Of a DNA stretch of 64,000 nt, positions 50,072-61,558 are shown one piece after another. Origin of the DNA: Andalucia godoyi And28 (taxonomy: Eukaryota > Protista > Jakobida); contig VRVR01000013.1 in NCBI GenBank assembly GCA_009859145.1, forward strand, positions 24,786 through 88,785. Reading direction: 5' to 3'. The translations under genes and the position numbers were made by a program. The notes beneath the pieces are model-generated. The model was not told where the DNA came from. It saw only the letters and a program-made list of their open reading frames with translations, and did no database searches. Positions within the stretch are counted from its first letter, which is position 1. The number at the start of each line of letters is the position of its first letter.

Positions 50072-51463
50072 ATGATTCTGGGTGTGTGGAAACGAGCGGC
50101 GTTCGCTCTCCCCATCGGTCTTTGCCATTCTATCCGATGTTCACCGACTATCATTCAATCGCATCCATGCAGGAGGTTTTATCACTCGAATTCACGGCTT
50201 TTGTGTGCTGCTTCCTCTTCTCGAAAAGCACCAACTTCGAGCTCCAAACTGCCTACGAATGAAGAAAAGAAACCTCGAGGAAGACCGAAAAAGTCCGAGC
50301 CTTTGCTGAGCGACAGTGCGCAGCCTTCGAAGCCGGTCTTGTCAAGTGCATCGAGCGCTGTCACAGACTCGGCGTTGTTGAGCTCCAGAAGGCCAAGAAT
50401 GCGGATGCCGTCTTTCAGGAAGACAAAGAAAAAGACCAAGTCTGCGGTGGACGGGGAAGATTCTGCAAAGCGGTTGTCGGATGATATCCTGGATCACGAG
50501 CGCGATGAAGAAGAATCGCTGTTCCGACGTGAGGAAGACGATGATGCACGGGCGTTGTTTGGCAAACTTGACAATCTGATTGACGACGAGGAAATGTTTG
50601 AGCTGGACGACGACCATAGTACGGAGCAAGGAGTGCTGAGGGCTCGCAAGTCAAGACTCGCTTCACTGGATATGGACGGTGAGCAAGACGAGCTGAGCGA
50701 ACTTCCAGAGGGTATGAGTACACTTGAGGAAGACGATACTACGGAGGAAGACGATATATCCGCAACCGCAGATGCACTGAGAGCGCAGATGCAACGACGA
50801 GGCAGAAAAGGAAGAGCCGAAGACGACGAAGTTGTGTCCTTGAAGTTTGAGATGTTCTCTGCAAAAGGTGTGTTCTCCCCGTTTGAGATCCAAAGAATTT
50901 TAGAGGATGACGACACGTTGCCGGATGATGTACACGATGCGATCTGGAAGTTGGAGCAGGAAAGGGCTGCAAAAGAAGGAAGGGCATGGCCTGAAATAAG
51001 GCCCGTAGAAGAAGATTCGGTGTCCGGGGCTGCATTGACGCCGAAAGACAAGGATTCTACAGTTTCTGATTCCGAAGACGCAGAGGGGAGAGCGACTGCG
51101 GATCCCTTGTTTATGCTTGAAAACAAGACCGATTTGTCTGACGCAGGACTGCAATTGCAAAGGGCGATAGAGTTCGTCCGCGGTGTCCAGCTGGAAGTGG
51201 GCGGCAAAGTAGAAGAAGTATTTGGAAGATCATGGCGGGTCGTGTTTGTCGAGGAGTGTGAGCGGTATATTGCACGAAGACTCACTGTTCCAGACTCGTC
51301 TGCGCTCACGGATTTGCAAAAGATTGGACAGATCCAGCGCGTTTTGGAAAAGGCTGGGTCGTACGTCCGCAATCTTCGCGAGGCATCCAAGAATATTAAC
51401 GGAAAAGATCACAATCCATACTACTACGGATTCATGAACATTCCTTTCGAAACAAAGGTCTAG
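50072..51463 (+). CDS. Uncharacterised acidic protein with a probable mitochondrial presequence
   Basis: Basic, acid-free N-terminus (MILGVWKRAAFALPIGLCHSIRC...RRFYHS), acidic middle and helical C-terminus. Confidence 0.7.
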   Translation: MILGVWKRAAFALPIGLCHSIRCSPTIIQSHPCRRFYHSNSRLLCAASSSRKAPTSSSKLPTNEEKKPRGRPKKSEPLLSDSAQPSKPVLSSASSAVTDSALLSSRRPRMRMPSFRKTKKKTKSAVDGEDSAKRLSDDILDHERDEEESLFRREEDDDARALFGKLDNLIDDEEMFELDDDHSTEQGVLRARKSRLASLDMDGEQDELSELPEGMSTLEEDDTTEEDDISATADALRAQMQRRGRKGRAEDDEVVSLKFEMFSAKGVFSPFEIQRILEDDDTLPDDVHDAIWKLEQERAAKEGRAWPEIRPVEEDSVSGAALTPKDKDSTVSDSEDAEGRATADPLFMLENKTDLSDAGLQLQRAIEFVRGVQLEVGGKVEEVFGRSWRVVFVEECERYIARRLTVPDSSALTDLQKIGQIQRVLEKAGSYVRNLREASKNINGKDHNPYYYGFMNIPFETKV

Positions 51464-51761
51464 TCATGTTTGTACAGTAAACAATAGCGCAAGCAGCCAT
51501 GGCCTTCCAGTCCCATCCTCCCCTCCCCACAAAAAATAAAGATTAAATAAATAAAAAGAGAAAAAGAGAAACACGCATGCAGTCACTTCGGCGGCAGCTG
51601 TAATAAATCAGAGACACCACCATTTGAAACTTCGAAACAAAAAGACGTCTCTTTCAACCTCGTTCTTGCCTTTCTTGTTCTCCTTTCTTTCACTCTTCTT
51701 CAATTTATCCTGTTGAGCAACTGGTAGCAGTTAACAATTCTCTTCGAGATACGTACGTTCA

Positions 51762-51868
51762 ATGAGCGTTCTTCGCTGGGTGCAGACCATTTCCAATCTC
51801 TCAAAACCCTGCAATCGCGTCGGTGATTTGGCAGATGGCATCATTTTTGCAGACATTCTGAAAGCCGC
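51762..51868 (+). CDS. HOOK: HOOK-family protein, exon 1 (missing from the ORF track)
   Basis: MSVLRWVQTISNLSKPCNRVGDLADGIIFADILKA supplies the missing start of the Hook N-terminal domain (W....DLxDG..F..IL). It is followed by GTATGT. Confidence 0.85.
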
Positions 51869-52026
51869 GTATGTATCCTTATGAGCAAGCTCACTTTTCT
51901 GTTTAGTTATTGTAACCGCATTTCCCTCTTTTCCTCTTCGATCAAGTCGTTTTCATTGAATCCGAGAATGCCACTAAGTGCTTACTTGCTTGTTTCGTTT
52001 TGATTGATGAAAATCGTGTGTCGTAG
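51869..52026 (+). other. 158-nt spliceosomal intron (GTATGT...TAG), phase 2
   Basis: Joining GC|T restores the frame into the 52004-53989 ORF. The intron is U/pyrimidine-rich and contains in-frame stops. Confidence 0.85.
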
Positions 52027-53989
52027 TGCGCCGTCTGCCTTTGAATCGCTTGTGGTGAACCGAAAAGCAGAGGAAAACAAGATTTTGCGAACTTCAAATC
52101 TCCGAAAGATCGCGAAAGCTGTGGAGGACTATCTGCTGGATCATGAGCGGCTTCGAGGAGATCTCATGACGTTCGATTTCAATGCTGCTGGGCGCGATGA
52201 AGACGAGTCTGTGCTTCTGCAGTTGGCTGGGTTTATCCTGGTTGTGGTTCTGAACAGTGAAAACAAGGCTCTCTTTATCCAGGATATTATGAACTTTGAC
52301 GACCAGACGCAGCATGATTTGATGGTTTCGACACAGACTGCTCTTGGGACGCTGGAACGACTGGAGCCGACGTCTCCTGAACATAGCGGAAAGCAGGGTT
52401 CGGGTGCCGAGACTCCGGGGACGGCGTTTACAGACTCGGCCATCAACGTGAAATCCGTAGACAATCGAGGTGCTTCTGCGGCACATACAGATCTGGCGTT
52501 TGAAATCCGCGGAGATTTCCGGTCGATGGAAAATCTGCGGTCGGAGAATGCAAAGTTGAAAGAAGAGATTGAGAAATTGAACGGAGACTTGCGAGAAGCC
52601 AAGGTGGAATTTGATCACTCCAAAGCCGAAAATGAGAAACTGAAGCACCAGATTGCGCAGCAGTTGGATCAGATCACGGCTGTCGGACGGAATGTGTCCC
52701 AGGCGTCTCTGCAGGATGCAGAAAGGAACGCTCATGTCATGGAGCAGTTGAAGAAGGATGTTGGCGAACGTGACGCTGAGATTCAGGGCTTGAAGAACCG
52801 AATTGCAGAACTGTCTCAGGCTGAGATCGACCGCCGGACGCTTCAGGACCGTGTGGACACCCTCGAAGGCAAGGTGGAAGAAGTGCAGCGACTGAATGTG
52901 AAGATCAATAAGCTCGAGGAACTCTTGGAGAAGGCCGGAGATGCGGGTTCTCGTGCTGAACGTCTCGAAGCGGATTACCAGATGCTGCTGTCGGAGCAAA
53001 CTGAACTGGAGCGCAGCGCAGCAGAGTTGCCGGTTCTTCGCTCGACCGTGGAGACTTTGCGAAAGGAGGTTGCGGAGCGAGACAGAAAGCTCAAGGAGTT
53101 GGAGGAGAGTAGGAATCGCCTGTTGGATGACGTGGATCGTGTGCAGAAGGAGGCTACGTTGCTGCGCACCGAGCTTGCCGCGACTCATGCCGGAGCTGCT
53201 GTTTCTGGAGCTTCTGCTACTGCTACTGTCGCAGAGTCTGCTCCTTCAAGTGCTGTTGCAGGATCAGGCAGCGGGTCGCTTGCTGCAACGATGAAGATCA
53301 ACAATCTTGAGCAAGAGGTTGCAAAGTTCAAGAAGATGTACACGGAGTCCCAGGACCGAATTCGTGAACTCGAATTACGCCCTGTTGTTTCTGCATCGAG
53401 TGAATCGTCATCTTCCGCGAGTGCTGCGAACCTTGCTGCTTTGGAGAATCAAGTGGAAGAACTGACCGCTCAGCTGATTGCAGAGCAAAAGAAGAACAAG
53501 GTTCTGAATGATGAGTTGTATCCTCTGCAGCTGCAGGTCAAGGACATTGCTGCGTTCCAGCAGGAAGTTGATACCCTCAGGCAAAAAGTGAACAGCATGA
53601 ATTCTGATCGACAGACGGTGGTTGCGGATGCTCAGAATCAGCAGCGGATCCGAAATCTCGAAGAAGAGCTTCTCCATGCACGAGCCCGCATTGCGTCGTT
53701 TGAAACAGCAGTGGGAGACTATGAATCAAAGCTGCAGACTGCGCGCAGAGAATCTTCTTCCCACGAGCACTCCAAGAAGTCCGCACTTGAGGATGTCCAG
53801 CTGGCGATTGATTTTGTGGAGCGGTACGCATACGAAACCACTCTGTATCGAAAGTTGAACGGAAATGTGATCAGCACTCCAGGAAAAGCGTGGCTGAATC
53901 AGAAACGCAGCCAAGGCGCAAGATTTCCAGCTCCAGGCGCTTCATCACCAGACGCGGCCTCACCTGCTCACTCTGCTCGTAGGCCCTGA
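52027..53989 (+). CDS. HOOK: HOOK-family dynein adaptor, exon 2
   Basis: SNLRKIAKAVEDY...LLQLAGFILVVVLNSENKALFIQDIMNFDDQTQHDLM, followed by a long coiled coil. Confidence 0.85.
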
Positions 53990-54468
53990 TGTTGCAAATT
54001 CGAGATTCTTGTACTTTGTTCTTCCCCCGCTCCCTCTTTCACCCTTCATAAACACCCTTTTCTTCCTCACCACCATCGTCACCATCACCGTCACCGTCAC
54101 CGTCACTGTCACCGTCACCGTCGCCTGCAGCTGCATGTCCGCAAACCCCTGCATTTTTGATCGATTCAACGTCAATCAGCTGGGCGGAGAATTCCCGAGT
54201 TCCAGGAACAGAAAGATGGCTCTCAGTCGTAGTACAACATGTCCCGTTCCCGCCATTCGTTGCTGGAGAGGGGAAAGAGAGAGAGAGAGAGAGGGAGATC
54301 TTGACTTTTTTGGAGCAGTAACCGAAGCGTGTTTTGAACGTTTTCATTGTGATGCATGTGTATTTCTGCAGCAAAACGATTATCACAGTGATCATCTTTT
54401 TTCGTGCTTAAATTTACGTTTGTTATCGTGCGTGTCTGTGTATATAAGCATTGCTCCAATGGGCTGTT

Positions 54469-56220
54469 ATGAGACGGAATTTTAAGACCATTGAGCTTCC
54501 CAAGAAACCTGCAGATCGCCCAGTGCGATCCGAGCGAGACGCGGCCGCTTCATCGCACCAAATTGTGCGAACACCTCCGGTTTCATCGGGGCGGCGTAGT
54601 GATGGCACAGGCATTCCAGATATGTATTTGCAAAAGTCGAGTTTCAGCGATGAGTATTTGCGGGTTGAATCGCTGCTCAAGGTCTCCGAACAGCGTTTGC
54701 GATCCAAGACTGAGCCAATGGTTGCAGAAGATGTCCAGAAAAAGGACGATTTAGAGTCATATTTAGAATCTGCATTTCAGAGGAAGCCATGGCTTGATCC
54801 TCTCGGTGCTGCTTCAAAGACAGACCAGCCATCGCTTCTCTTTCGGCCGAAGGCCTCTGATGAGCAGTTCGAAACGTTTCAAAAACGGGTGGAGCGAAAG
54901 ATCAGACTGCTGAAAGAGGACGCAAAGAATTTCGAGAGCGACTCTGAGAATTCGATCGACGATGGAAACGCTCCACCAAGCACAGAACCAAAAAATCGGA
55001 CGATGATGATGAAGAAGAACGGGAAGAAGGGGATGGCGACAACGGAGCGCAGCCAAGAACCACCTGAGAAGAGTGTACGAAATGAATTGGTCCAAACGGA
55101 TTCCGTAAGCATCGAGCCCATTGCAAAGAGCATATGCGTTCAGACAGACGAGGAGGGTCTGCGACACGAGTCCATTCGAAGGGACTGGGTGCGACAAGTC
55201 ATGGAGAGGATAGAATCGCCTTCTCATGATCTGATGCGGTCGGTACGAATGAATCCTGCACCCGTACACGCCTACAGCGCAGCATCGTATCCGTCGTCTT
55301 TGCATTCTTCCGGCAGATGCGTGCAGTTTGCACAGAATGAAAATGGAAATGACGATGGCACCGAGACTGAGGGCCCTCTTGACTCAATATACTTCCTGCA
55401 TGATTCGACGGACGCAGCTGCGGGTGACCGACACTCTGCGCCCAACACTCGGCGTCTGCAGCAAGCCCGAGACGCATTTGAATCCACCTATCTCAATGCT
55501 GGCTCTGTATCAGCTGGAGTCAGAGTGAGCCTGGATGTTGGAGTGGATCTGGAGCGCAGGGTGTGGAAATTGAAGTTTGATCGGCAACTGGACGAAGCAA
55601 ATGAGCTCATTCATCGCATGTCCGAGGAGGCCACCCGCCACGAGATCTTGGCTTCAATGGACGTCTTCGGATCCCAATTATACAATGCCAACGCACCCAT
55701 GACCCATAATTCTGAAACGATGGAAGCAGCACCGCGAATGCCCGTGTACGGATCTCCTCCATCGGGAATCAAGAGGAATTCTGCAAGATCCCTCTTCCGC
55801 GATTCTGGAAATGTACACAGCCCGCAGCCAAACCCACTGGCAAACCCACAGCCAAGTGCCTCATCAAAAACCGACAGGCAAGCATCTACATTCGACGGAG
55901 GGTTTGTCGAATTGCAGAGCATGCATGCAGGCTCGGAGCCGCTTCTTTTGAAATCCTCTCGGTTCCTGTCGAATCCCGAACCGATACCGCTCTCCTCGAC
56001 TCACGGCTCTGTTCGCTCTTCACTCACATCGCTGTCGTCCTCATCCTCGTCCTCATCTTCTTCGTCTTCCATTGTTTCTCAAGAACATCGCCGACACGTT
56101 CAAAGCCCTAGTCAACCGAGACGTGCGTCCCAGACTGCAGCTCGTCAAGCCCAATCCATGAAGGAGGAGGACGACGAGACAGACGAAATTTCCTTCAACA
56201 TCACGAACAATATTGAATGA
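54469..56220 (+). CDS. Hypothetical, largely disordered protein with a short coiled coil
   Basis: Long ORF with typical codon style; no family recognised. Confidence 0.65.
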   Translation: MRRNFKTIELPKKPADRPVRSERDAAASSHQIVRTPPVSSGRRSDGTGIPDMYLQKSSFSDEYLRVESLLKVSEQRLRSKTEPMVAEDVQKKDDLESYLESAFQRKPWLDPLGAASKTDQPSLLFRPKASDEQFETFQKRVERKIRLLKEDAKNFESDSENSIDDGNAPPSTEPKNRTMMMKKNGKKGMATTERSQEPPEKSVRNELVQTDSVSIEPIAKSICVQTDEEGLRHESIRRDWVRQVMERIESPSHDLMRSVRMNPAPVHAYSAASYPSSLHSSGRCVQFAQNENGNDDGTETEGPLDSIYFLHDSTDAAAGDRHSAPNTRRLQQARDAFESTYLNAGSVSAGVRVSLDVGVDLERRVWKLKFDRQLDEANELIHRMSEEATRHEILASMDVFGSQLYNANAPMTHNSETMEAAPRMPVYGSPPSGIKRNSARSLFRDSGNVHSPQPNPLANPQPSASSKTDRQASTFDGGFVELQSMHAGSEPLLLKSSRFLSNPEPIPLSSTHGSVRSSLTSLSSSSSSSSSSSSIVSQEHRRHVQSPSQPRRASQTAARQAQSMKEEDDETDEISFNITNNIE

Positions 56221-56521
56221 TATTTTTGAATGAATGTATTTATCCCTCTTTGTAATTTCCTTCATTGTTCTATGCTCACTCTCCACGATCCACACACCAC
56301 TGGTCCATCGCTGGTCCACCAGTCGTCCCCTCACAAGGAGGCAAGAGCACCAAAGCAGTCGACTACGGAAGACATGGGACTTCGGCAGGAAAAAAAGGAA
56401 ACTGCACGCAACTGCAAGTCTGCAATGCTCAAGGTGAATGATGCGTGTGTTTTCTGTGTCGTGCATGCCGCTAACCGAATCTCTTTTCAACTAGCGAGTT
56501 GAAGAAGGGAAAGTCGATCGA

Positions 56522-57871
56522 ATGCACAAGACGAGCTCTGCGCAACAGGTTAAAAAACCCGCGGCTCCTCCGTTGTCGCGAAGGGAGTCGTTCAGAACGT
56601 CCCCGGTGATCATATTTGGCGACGGAGCTTCATTCACAGCGAAGAATCCTAAGAATTTCCCCTCTCTTTCGAGTCCAACATCGTCTTCCGGGAAGCAGCA
56701 ACGGAGCAAAAAAGACAGCAACCGCAGCAGGAATTCAAACACGAAAAATGAAGCATCCAAATGCGCATCCTCTTCGCCTCCCAAGAACTGCGCGTCGACG
56801 GATGAGAGCCGCCTCGAGTCTCCGCGATCCTTGTCGACGGACATTGCGCAAGAAGACGCAGGTTCGGCTCCCAATGCTGACTTGTCGTTGCTGCAGATTC
56901 CCGTTCATAATATGCTCTCTAATAATGAGACTAGGTGCGATGCAGATGATATGAGCCCACTTCCAGAGACCGCGGTGTCGACAGTGCAACCAGGAGATCA
57001 GTTCACGAAAGGGCTTGTACCATCCGTGAATCCTGAAACGAATGAACGAGAAGAAGTACCGGTCGAGTATTTGCTAGAGCAGTGGATATATGATAAGAAC
57101 TATTACTTGGATGAGTTGTGTTCTGGGATTCATGTTCTGAAAGTGAAGTATCATGACCCGAAATCCAAGCCACAGCCACGAGTTCTCAGCATTGATCTCG
57201 TTGGCCAGAACCTGTGTTGGGGAACGTGGATGCGTCGCCATCGAAGGAGCATTCCGTTGCAGCAAATATGCTGGCTTGTACCAGGACCAAACACAGACAC
57301 GATGGACTCATACACGTCGGCCTTCAAGCTTGATCGGTTCGTGCTCGCAAGCTGCTTTTCCATTAGGACAGAAACCCGCACGCTGGATTTTATTGCTTCG
57401 AATCCTCCAGTTGCAGAAGCGATTATTTGTGTGCTTTCGTACTTGTGTTCAGGTAACATTCGTCGTCATGGAAGACCGCTTTTCTCTCCTGCACGTTTGC
57501 TGTGGAGTCGTTTGTATCTGCTATCCGCTTCCAGACGCGAGTTTCTCCGACTCATGGTATCTTGCATCCAGGAGTCTGCACACAACAACAACAGCAGCAG
57601 CAGCAGCAGTAATGGAGGATCGAAATCTGCACGGAAATCCAACAGTGTCACGTTTTCTTCTGGCGCCCCCGAGATGGACCCCGTCACCAGCTCATCCACA
57701 TCCACTTCCACGTCCGGCTCACCACCGCCATTCAGCACCGACGAATCCTCTCCAACCTTTACTCCCGCTCCAGACCCAGATCCAGATTCCGCACCGACAC
57801 TGGCACCCGCACTTGCACTCGCACTCGGCCCCGTCTCGGAGCCGGTTTCTGGAATTGAAATTTCCACGTAG
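56522..57871 (+). CDS. PH-domain protein (PLC-type PH-like)
   Basis: LCSGIHVLKV...PRVLSIDL...LCW...IPLQQI...PG...CFSIRTETRTLDFIA...I..L. Confidence 0.7.
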   Translation: MHKTSSAQQVKKPAAPPLSRRESFRTSPVIIFGDGASFTAKNPKNFPSLSSPTSSSGKQQRSKKDSNRSRNSNTKNEASKCASSSPPKNCASTDESRLESPRSLSTDIAQEDAGSAPNADLSLLQIPVHNMLSNNETRCDADDMSPLPETAVSTVQPGDQFTKGLVPSVNPETNEREEVPVEYLLEQWIYDKNYYLDELCSGIHVLKVKYHDPKSKPQPRVLSIDLVGQNLCWGTWMRRHRRSIPLQQICWLVPGPNTDTMDSYTSAFKLDRFVLASCFSIRTETRTLDFIASNPPVAEAIICVLSYLCSGNIRRHGRPLFSPARLLWSRLYLLSASRREFLRLMVSCIQESAHNNNSSSSSSNGGSKSARKSNSVTFSSGAPEMDPVTSSSTSTSTSGSPPPFSTDESSPTFTPAPDPDPDSAPTLAPALALALGPVSEPVSGIEIST

Positions 57872-57960
57872 CATGCTTTCCTTGTGTAGAATTTACATTG
57901 TACAAAGATTCTGTATTCTTTAAGACTGAACATCTTCGCATTCCCCCTTCGGCTGCGCTG

Positions 57961-58482
57961 CTATTTCTGCATAACCTGAAGATCATGAGACATTTTGACT
58001 CCGGCGTTGTGGAGCATCGCACATACAGGGCAGCGCTGCTCGACAGCCCGAGCCCACTTTTGCAGTGCCTCCATTGGTTCCTGCGAATCAACCTTCATGA
58101 CGACCTTCACAGTTTGATAAGAAACGGGAACTCCAGGAACACCAAACAATCCGCGAACGTCAACATCACCAGAGACGTCATACTCAACGCGCCCCACGCG
58201 AATTCCCATTTCACGAGCAATCATCACACCCAACACCTGCTCGCATCCAGCCAAGGCCCCGAGCACTGCATGAAGCGGTGTGGTCCCATTATCGCCACCA
58301 CCAAAGCTTGCAGGTTCGTCAAGAAGCAAGGTGTGCTTTCCTTCCTGAATCATCGTCGCCATTCCGTTTCCTTGTGCCTGGATTGCAAATGTCTTTACCG
58401 TCGACTTTGCAGACGGCGCAGATCCAAATGCACGTCGGAACAACAAAGACCCATTTCTCAGCCCACACACTGTCCGAAACAT
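57961..58482 (-). CDS. OsmC/Ohr-family peroxiredoxin-like protein with a mitochondrial-type presequence
   Basis: LDEP..FGGGDNGTTP...LGALAGC and EQRCPV (both catalytic Cys present). N-terminus MFRTVCGLRNGSLLFRRAF. Confidence 0.88.
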   Translation of the reverse strand: MFRTVCGLRNGSLLFRRAFGSAPSAKSTVKTFAIQAQGNGMATMIQEGKHTLLLDEPASFGGGDNGTTPLHAVLGALAGCEQVLGVMIAREMGIRVGRVEYDVSGDVDVRGLFGVPGVPVSYQTVKVVMKVDSQEPMEALQKWARAVEQRCPVCAMLHNAGVKMSHDLQVMQK

Positions 58483-58844
58483 CCCTGTCCCCGCTCTTCA
58501 GGATTAGACAACCAAAAAAGTTTTAATAATAATAATAAACAAGTTTCATTAAAAATAAGAGATAAAAGACAAAAGATAAAAGATAAAAATAAACGCAGCC
58601 TAACGCCTACATTGCACACGACTGCCTCAAGTTCCCCCAAGATGGCAAACCGCGCCCGATTCTGCTTCCCTGCTGTAGTGAGCGCCCACTCAAGTTTGGT
58701 CTCATTTCTTTGGTGACAGGTTTTGTTCGCACACAGAATCCAAGGAGTCCCGGCGAGCGAGGGAGAGAGAGAGAGAACACTAAGAAACCTCAGCACAACT
58801 CTGAAAAGTAGAGCACAGGAAGGACTGAGATAGAGGGGGGGAAA

Positions 58845-60278
58845 ATGTCTACAGATCGTGAACGAACGCTATGGATGAGCGATATCCAGCCGTATATGAA
58901 TGAAGATTGGCTTTCTCAGATGTGGCGCGCATTTGGATATAATGTTCGTCTGAAGTTTGTGAAGGATCGCACCACACAACAACTTGCAAACTATTGTTTT
59001 GTGGAGTTTCAAACGCGGCAGGATGCCGGTCGCGCGCTCGAGGTTTACCACGGAACGGAAATTCCAAATACTGGCGGAGTCCGCATCCGACTGAATTGGG
59101 CCGCCGGTCCTCAGAGCAATCCATCATCATCTTCTTCTTCTTCCTCCTCCTATTCGTCCGCATCCGCATCGTCGACCGCGGCTCACTACCGTCAGCACAG
59201 CCAGCACCAGCTCCATGATCAGCAGCATCATCAGGATCAGTTCCAACATGGACTTTCCTCTTCCGTGTTCCAAAGTAGTAGCAGCAGCAGTGGTGGTGGT
59301 GGTGGTGGAGGACATGGGTACACAAGCAGAGCCATGCACAATGTCAGCGAAGGATCGGGTGTGTTTGTCGGTGACTTGGCACCGGACGTGACGGATTTGA
59401 TGCTTTTCCAAGCCATGTATGCACGGTATCCATCACTGATGATGGTGAAGATTGTGCTGGATGCATCTGGAAGGCCGCGCGGCTATGGATTCGCGCGATT
59501 TGAAGATGCCACTGAAGCGGAGCGTGCGATTCGCGAAATGACAGGGACATTTCTTGGCGCACGAATGATTCGGGTTGCAGAATCGACATCAGCAATGTCC
59601 AACTTTTCCGGCGGCTTATCGCGAGCTGCATTCCTGCAAGCCGTGGCAAAAGATCCAAAAGTTGCTGCGTCGACGCACTTCGGTGACGATGAATTGCTGT
59701 CGCTCAAGAGTGCCGGAAACGAGTATGTGGGGCCGGTAGAAACGAACACAAACACGACCATCTTTCTGCAGAACATTGACTATTCGGTGACGGAACAGGA
59801 TATCCGGCGAGTAATGAGGACGTTCGGAGATGTGGTTTCGGTGCGCATTCCAATTGGAAACAACTTTGCATTCGTCCAATTTGCAAATTCGATGCAGGCC
59901 AGAGAAGCACTGATTCGAGGATCGAGGAAGATGGTCATCAACGGATGCACTGTTCGAGTGTTTTGGAGCAAGAATCCTCTTCGACCCGAAATGCTCAAAA
60001 TCACTCAACTGCCGCAAGACGGTCCGCAACAGGAAGACGTCGGCTCTGCCACTGCCACCGTTTCTGCGACTGCGACCGTTTCTGCGACTGCCTCTGCCTC
60101 TTCCTCGGACAGTGGTCAGAGTATGACGAGTGAATTCGATCGTAATGCAGAGGTCTTGGAACCACCTGTGATGGTGCCAATGGACATTGGGCCGTTTGAT
60201 ATCAGGAGGTCCAATGACGAGTATGCTGCCATGGCGCAAGAGCTGTTTTATTCAACAGCCCCCTCAGACATTTTTTGA
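58845..60278 (+). CDS. Three-RRM RNA-binding protein (Nam8/Ngr1/RBP45/TRNAU1AP-like)
   Basis: RTLWMSDI..YMNE, YCFVEF, RLNWA; VFVGDLAPDVTD, RGYGFARF; NTTIFLQNI, FAFVQF. Confidence 0.85.
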   Translation: MSTDRERTLWMSDIQPYMNEDWLSQMWRAFGYNVRLKFVKDRTTQQLANYCFVEFQTRQDAGRALEVYHGTEIPNTGGVRIRLNWAAGPQSNPSSSSSSSSSYSSASASSTAAHYRQHSQHQLHDQQHHQDQFQHGLSSSVFQSSSSSSGGGGGGGHGYTSRAMHNVSEGSGVFVGDLAPDVTDLMLFQAMYARYPSLMMVKIVLDASGRPRGYGFARFEDATEAERAIREMTGTFLGARMIRVAESTSAMSNFSGGLSRAAFLQAVAKDPKVAASTHFGDDELLSLKSAGNEYVGPVETNTNTTIFLQNIDYSVTEQDIRRVMRTFGDVVSVRIPIGNNFAFVQFANSMQAREALIRGSRKMVINGCTVRVFWSKNPLRPEMLKITQLPQDGPQQEDVGSATATVSATATVSATASASSSDSGQSMTSEFDRNAEVLEPPVMVPMDIGPFDIRRSNDEYAAMAQELFYSTAPSDIF

Positions 60279-60714
60279 TTGTGGTTTCTCCTCGTCCCAT
60301 CCATACGGAGCGAAAATTGCTTCCTTCTTTTTTAAGGAAAAGAATTAATAAAATTGAACTACATTTGTGTCATATGTGCCTCTCCAACACACTTTTGCAA
60401 CGTCTCACTAGTCTGCATACTACACCACCAGGACGTTTACTTAATGCTGGCTTGCACACCAATGCTGCAGAACTCCGTGACGCCACGCCACTTTATTCTT
60501 TCATTCCTTCATCCTTTCTTTTCCTCATCCCTTCACTCCGATCGACGCCATCCATTCTGGGGCACAAGACTTTAGAAAAGAAGTTTCCGATGGAACAAAA
60601 AAAACACAAAACAAGCTGCGCTAGAAGCTGGGAAAACCAATTTGGAAATCGGGAACTGTCCCCCGCAAATCGTAGAAAAGATGATCAGCATTCTCCGACT
60701 TTGCATTCTCGACT

Positions 60715-61277
60715 CCGCTCGCCAGAACATGAATCCTTATTGATAATCATCGGGGAAGCTGTCGCCGAAGACGGTTCCAAGCCCCATGTTTTTCTATATT
60801 TGATGGCGAGCACCAACTCTTCAATGCAGATTGCTCTACATCAAAGGGTCATCGCAACTAGCCTATTTCCCAATCGATTCAACATTCAACATTCAAAAAA
60901 TGAACGTTGGAAGAAACAGAATGTGGTCGACGAACGATGCCGCGCCTAACGACGCTTTTGCCATTGCTTCTTCTTGTTCTCTGACTGGAAAGCGCATTCC
61001 GAACGCAAAAATCGACCACATCTTCGTGAATTTAAAATACCTTGCTCTCCGCCTCCGACGAGAGGGGATCAACGGGTTTCTTGGTTCTCGGCATCGTCGG
61101 GCATGGTCAGTCTGAGTTTGGTGGGAAAGATCCCTCTTTTTGGAGCCATGAGATGCCTTGTCTTTGACGCCATGCTGCTTGAGGGTTCGATTAAAAAATA
61201 CTGAGGGGGAAAAAACCAGAAGATAATAGAAAGAAAGAACACAGAGTTAAAGAATGAAAGAGATTCTCGACTTGACT
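60715..61277 (+). repeat. Dispersed element family A, copy A3 (longest interior)
   Basis: Contains all interior blocks of copy A2 plus several extra segments (e.g. 31, 68 and ~110 nt). It ends at ATTCTCGACTTGACT. Confidence 0.85.
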
Positions 61278-61491
61278 GCAGTTAGAAAAAAAAAAAAATC
61301 GTCTTGTTTGATGATCAACGCTGATACACACACAAAGCTGTCAGCCGTCCTTTTGGCATTCAATCATGTTATCGCTGACGTTTTTTTACTTTTTAGTAAT
61401 CATTTCCCCCGTTCTTTTTATTTTATATATATTTGTTGTTTTTCTTTTATATTCAATCAGTTGTTATTGTTCAGTGCTACTGTTCTTTCTT

Positions 61492-61523
<32 letters not shown>

Positions 61524-61558
61524 TATTGGCCGTTGAGGGTTTATTCTTTTGGACTAAA

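Noticed and set aside
51640-51930. Minus-strand frame with faint resemblance to the ribosomal protein eL13 C-terminus
   Set aside because: It is the antisense of HOOK exon 1 and its intron.
54039-54395. Minus-strand ORF ending in GD repeats
   Set aside because: It is dominated by microsatellite-derived sequence and has no other coding signal.
61095-61195. RNase P CR-V-like ACCAAACTCAGACTG (minus) and tRNA B-box-like GGTTCGATT in family A
   Set aside because: There is no matching CR-I/P4 partner and no cloverleaf, and copy A2 breaks the CAGAC motif.
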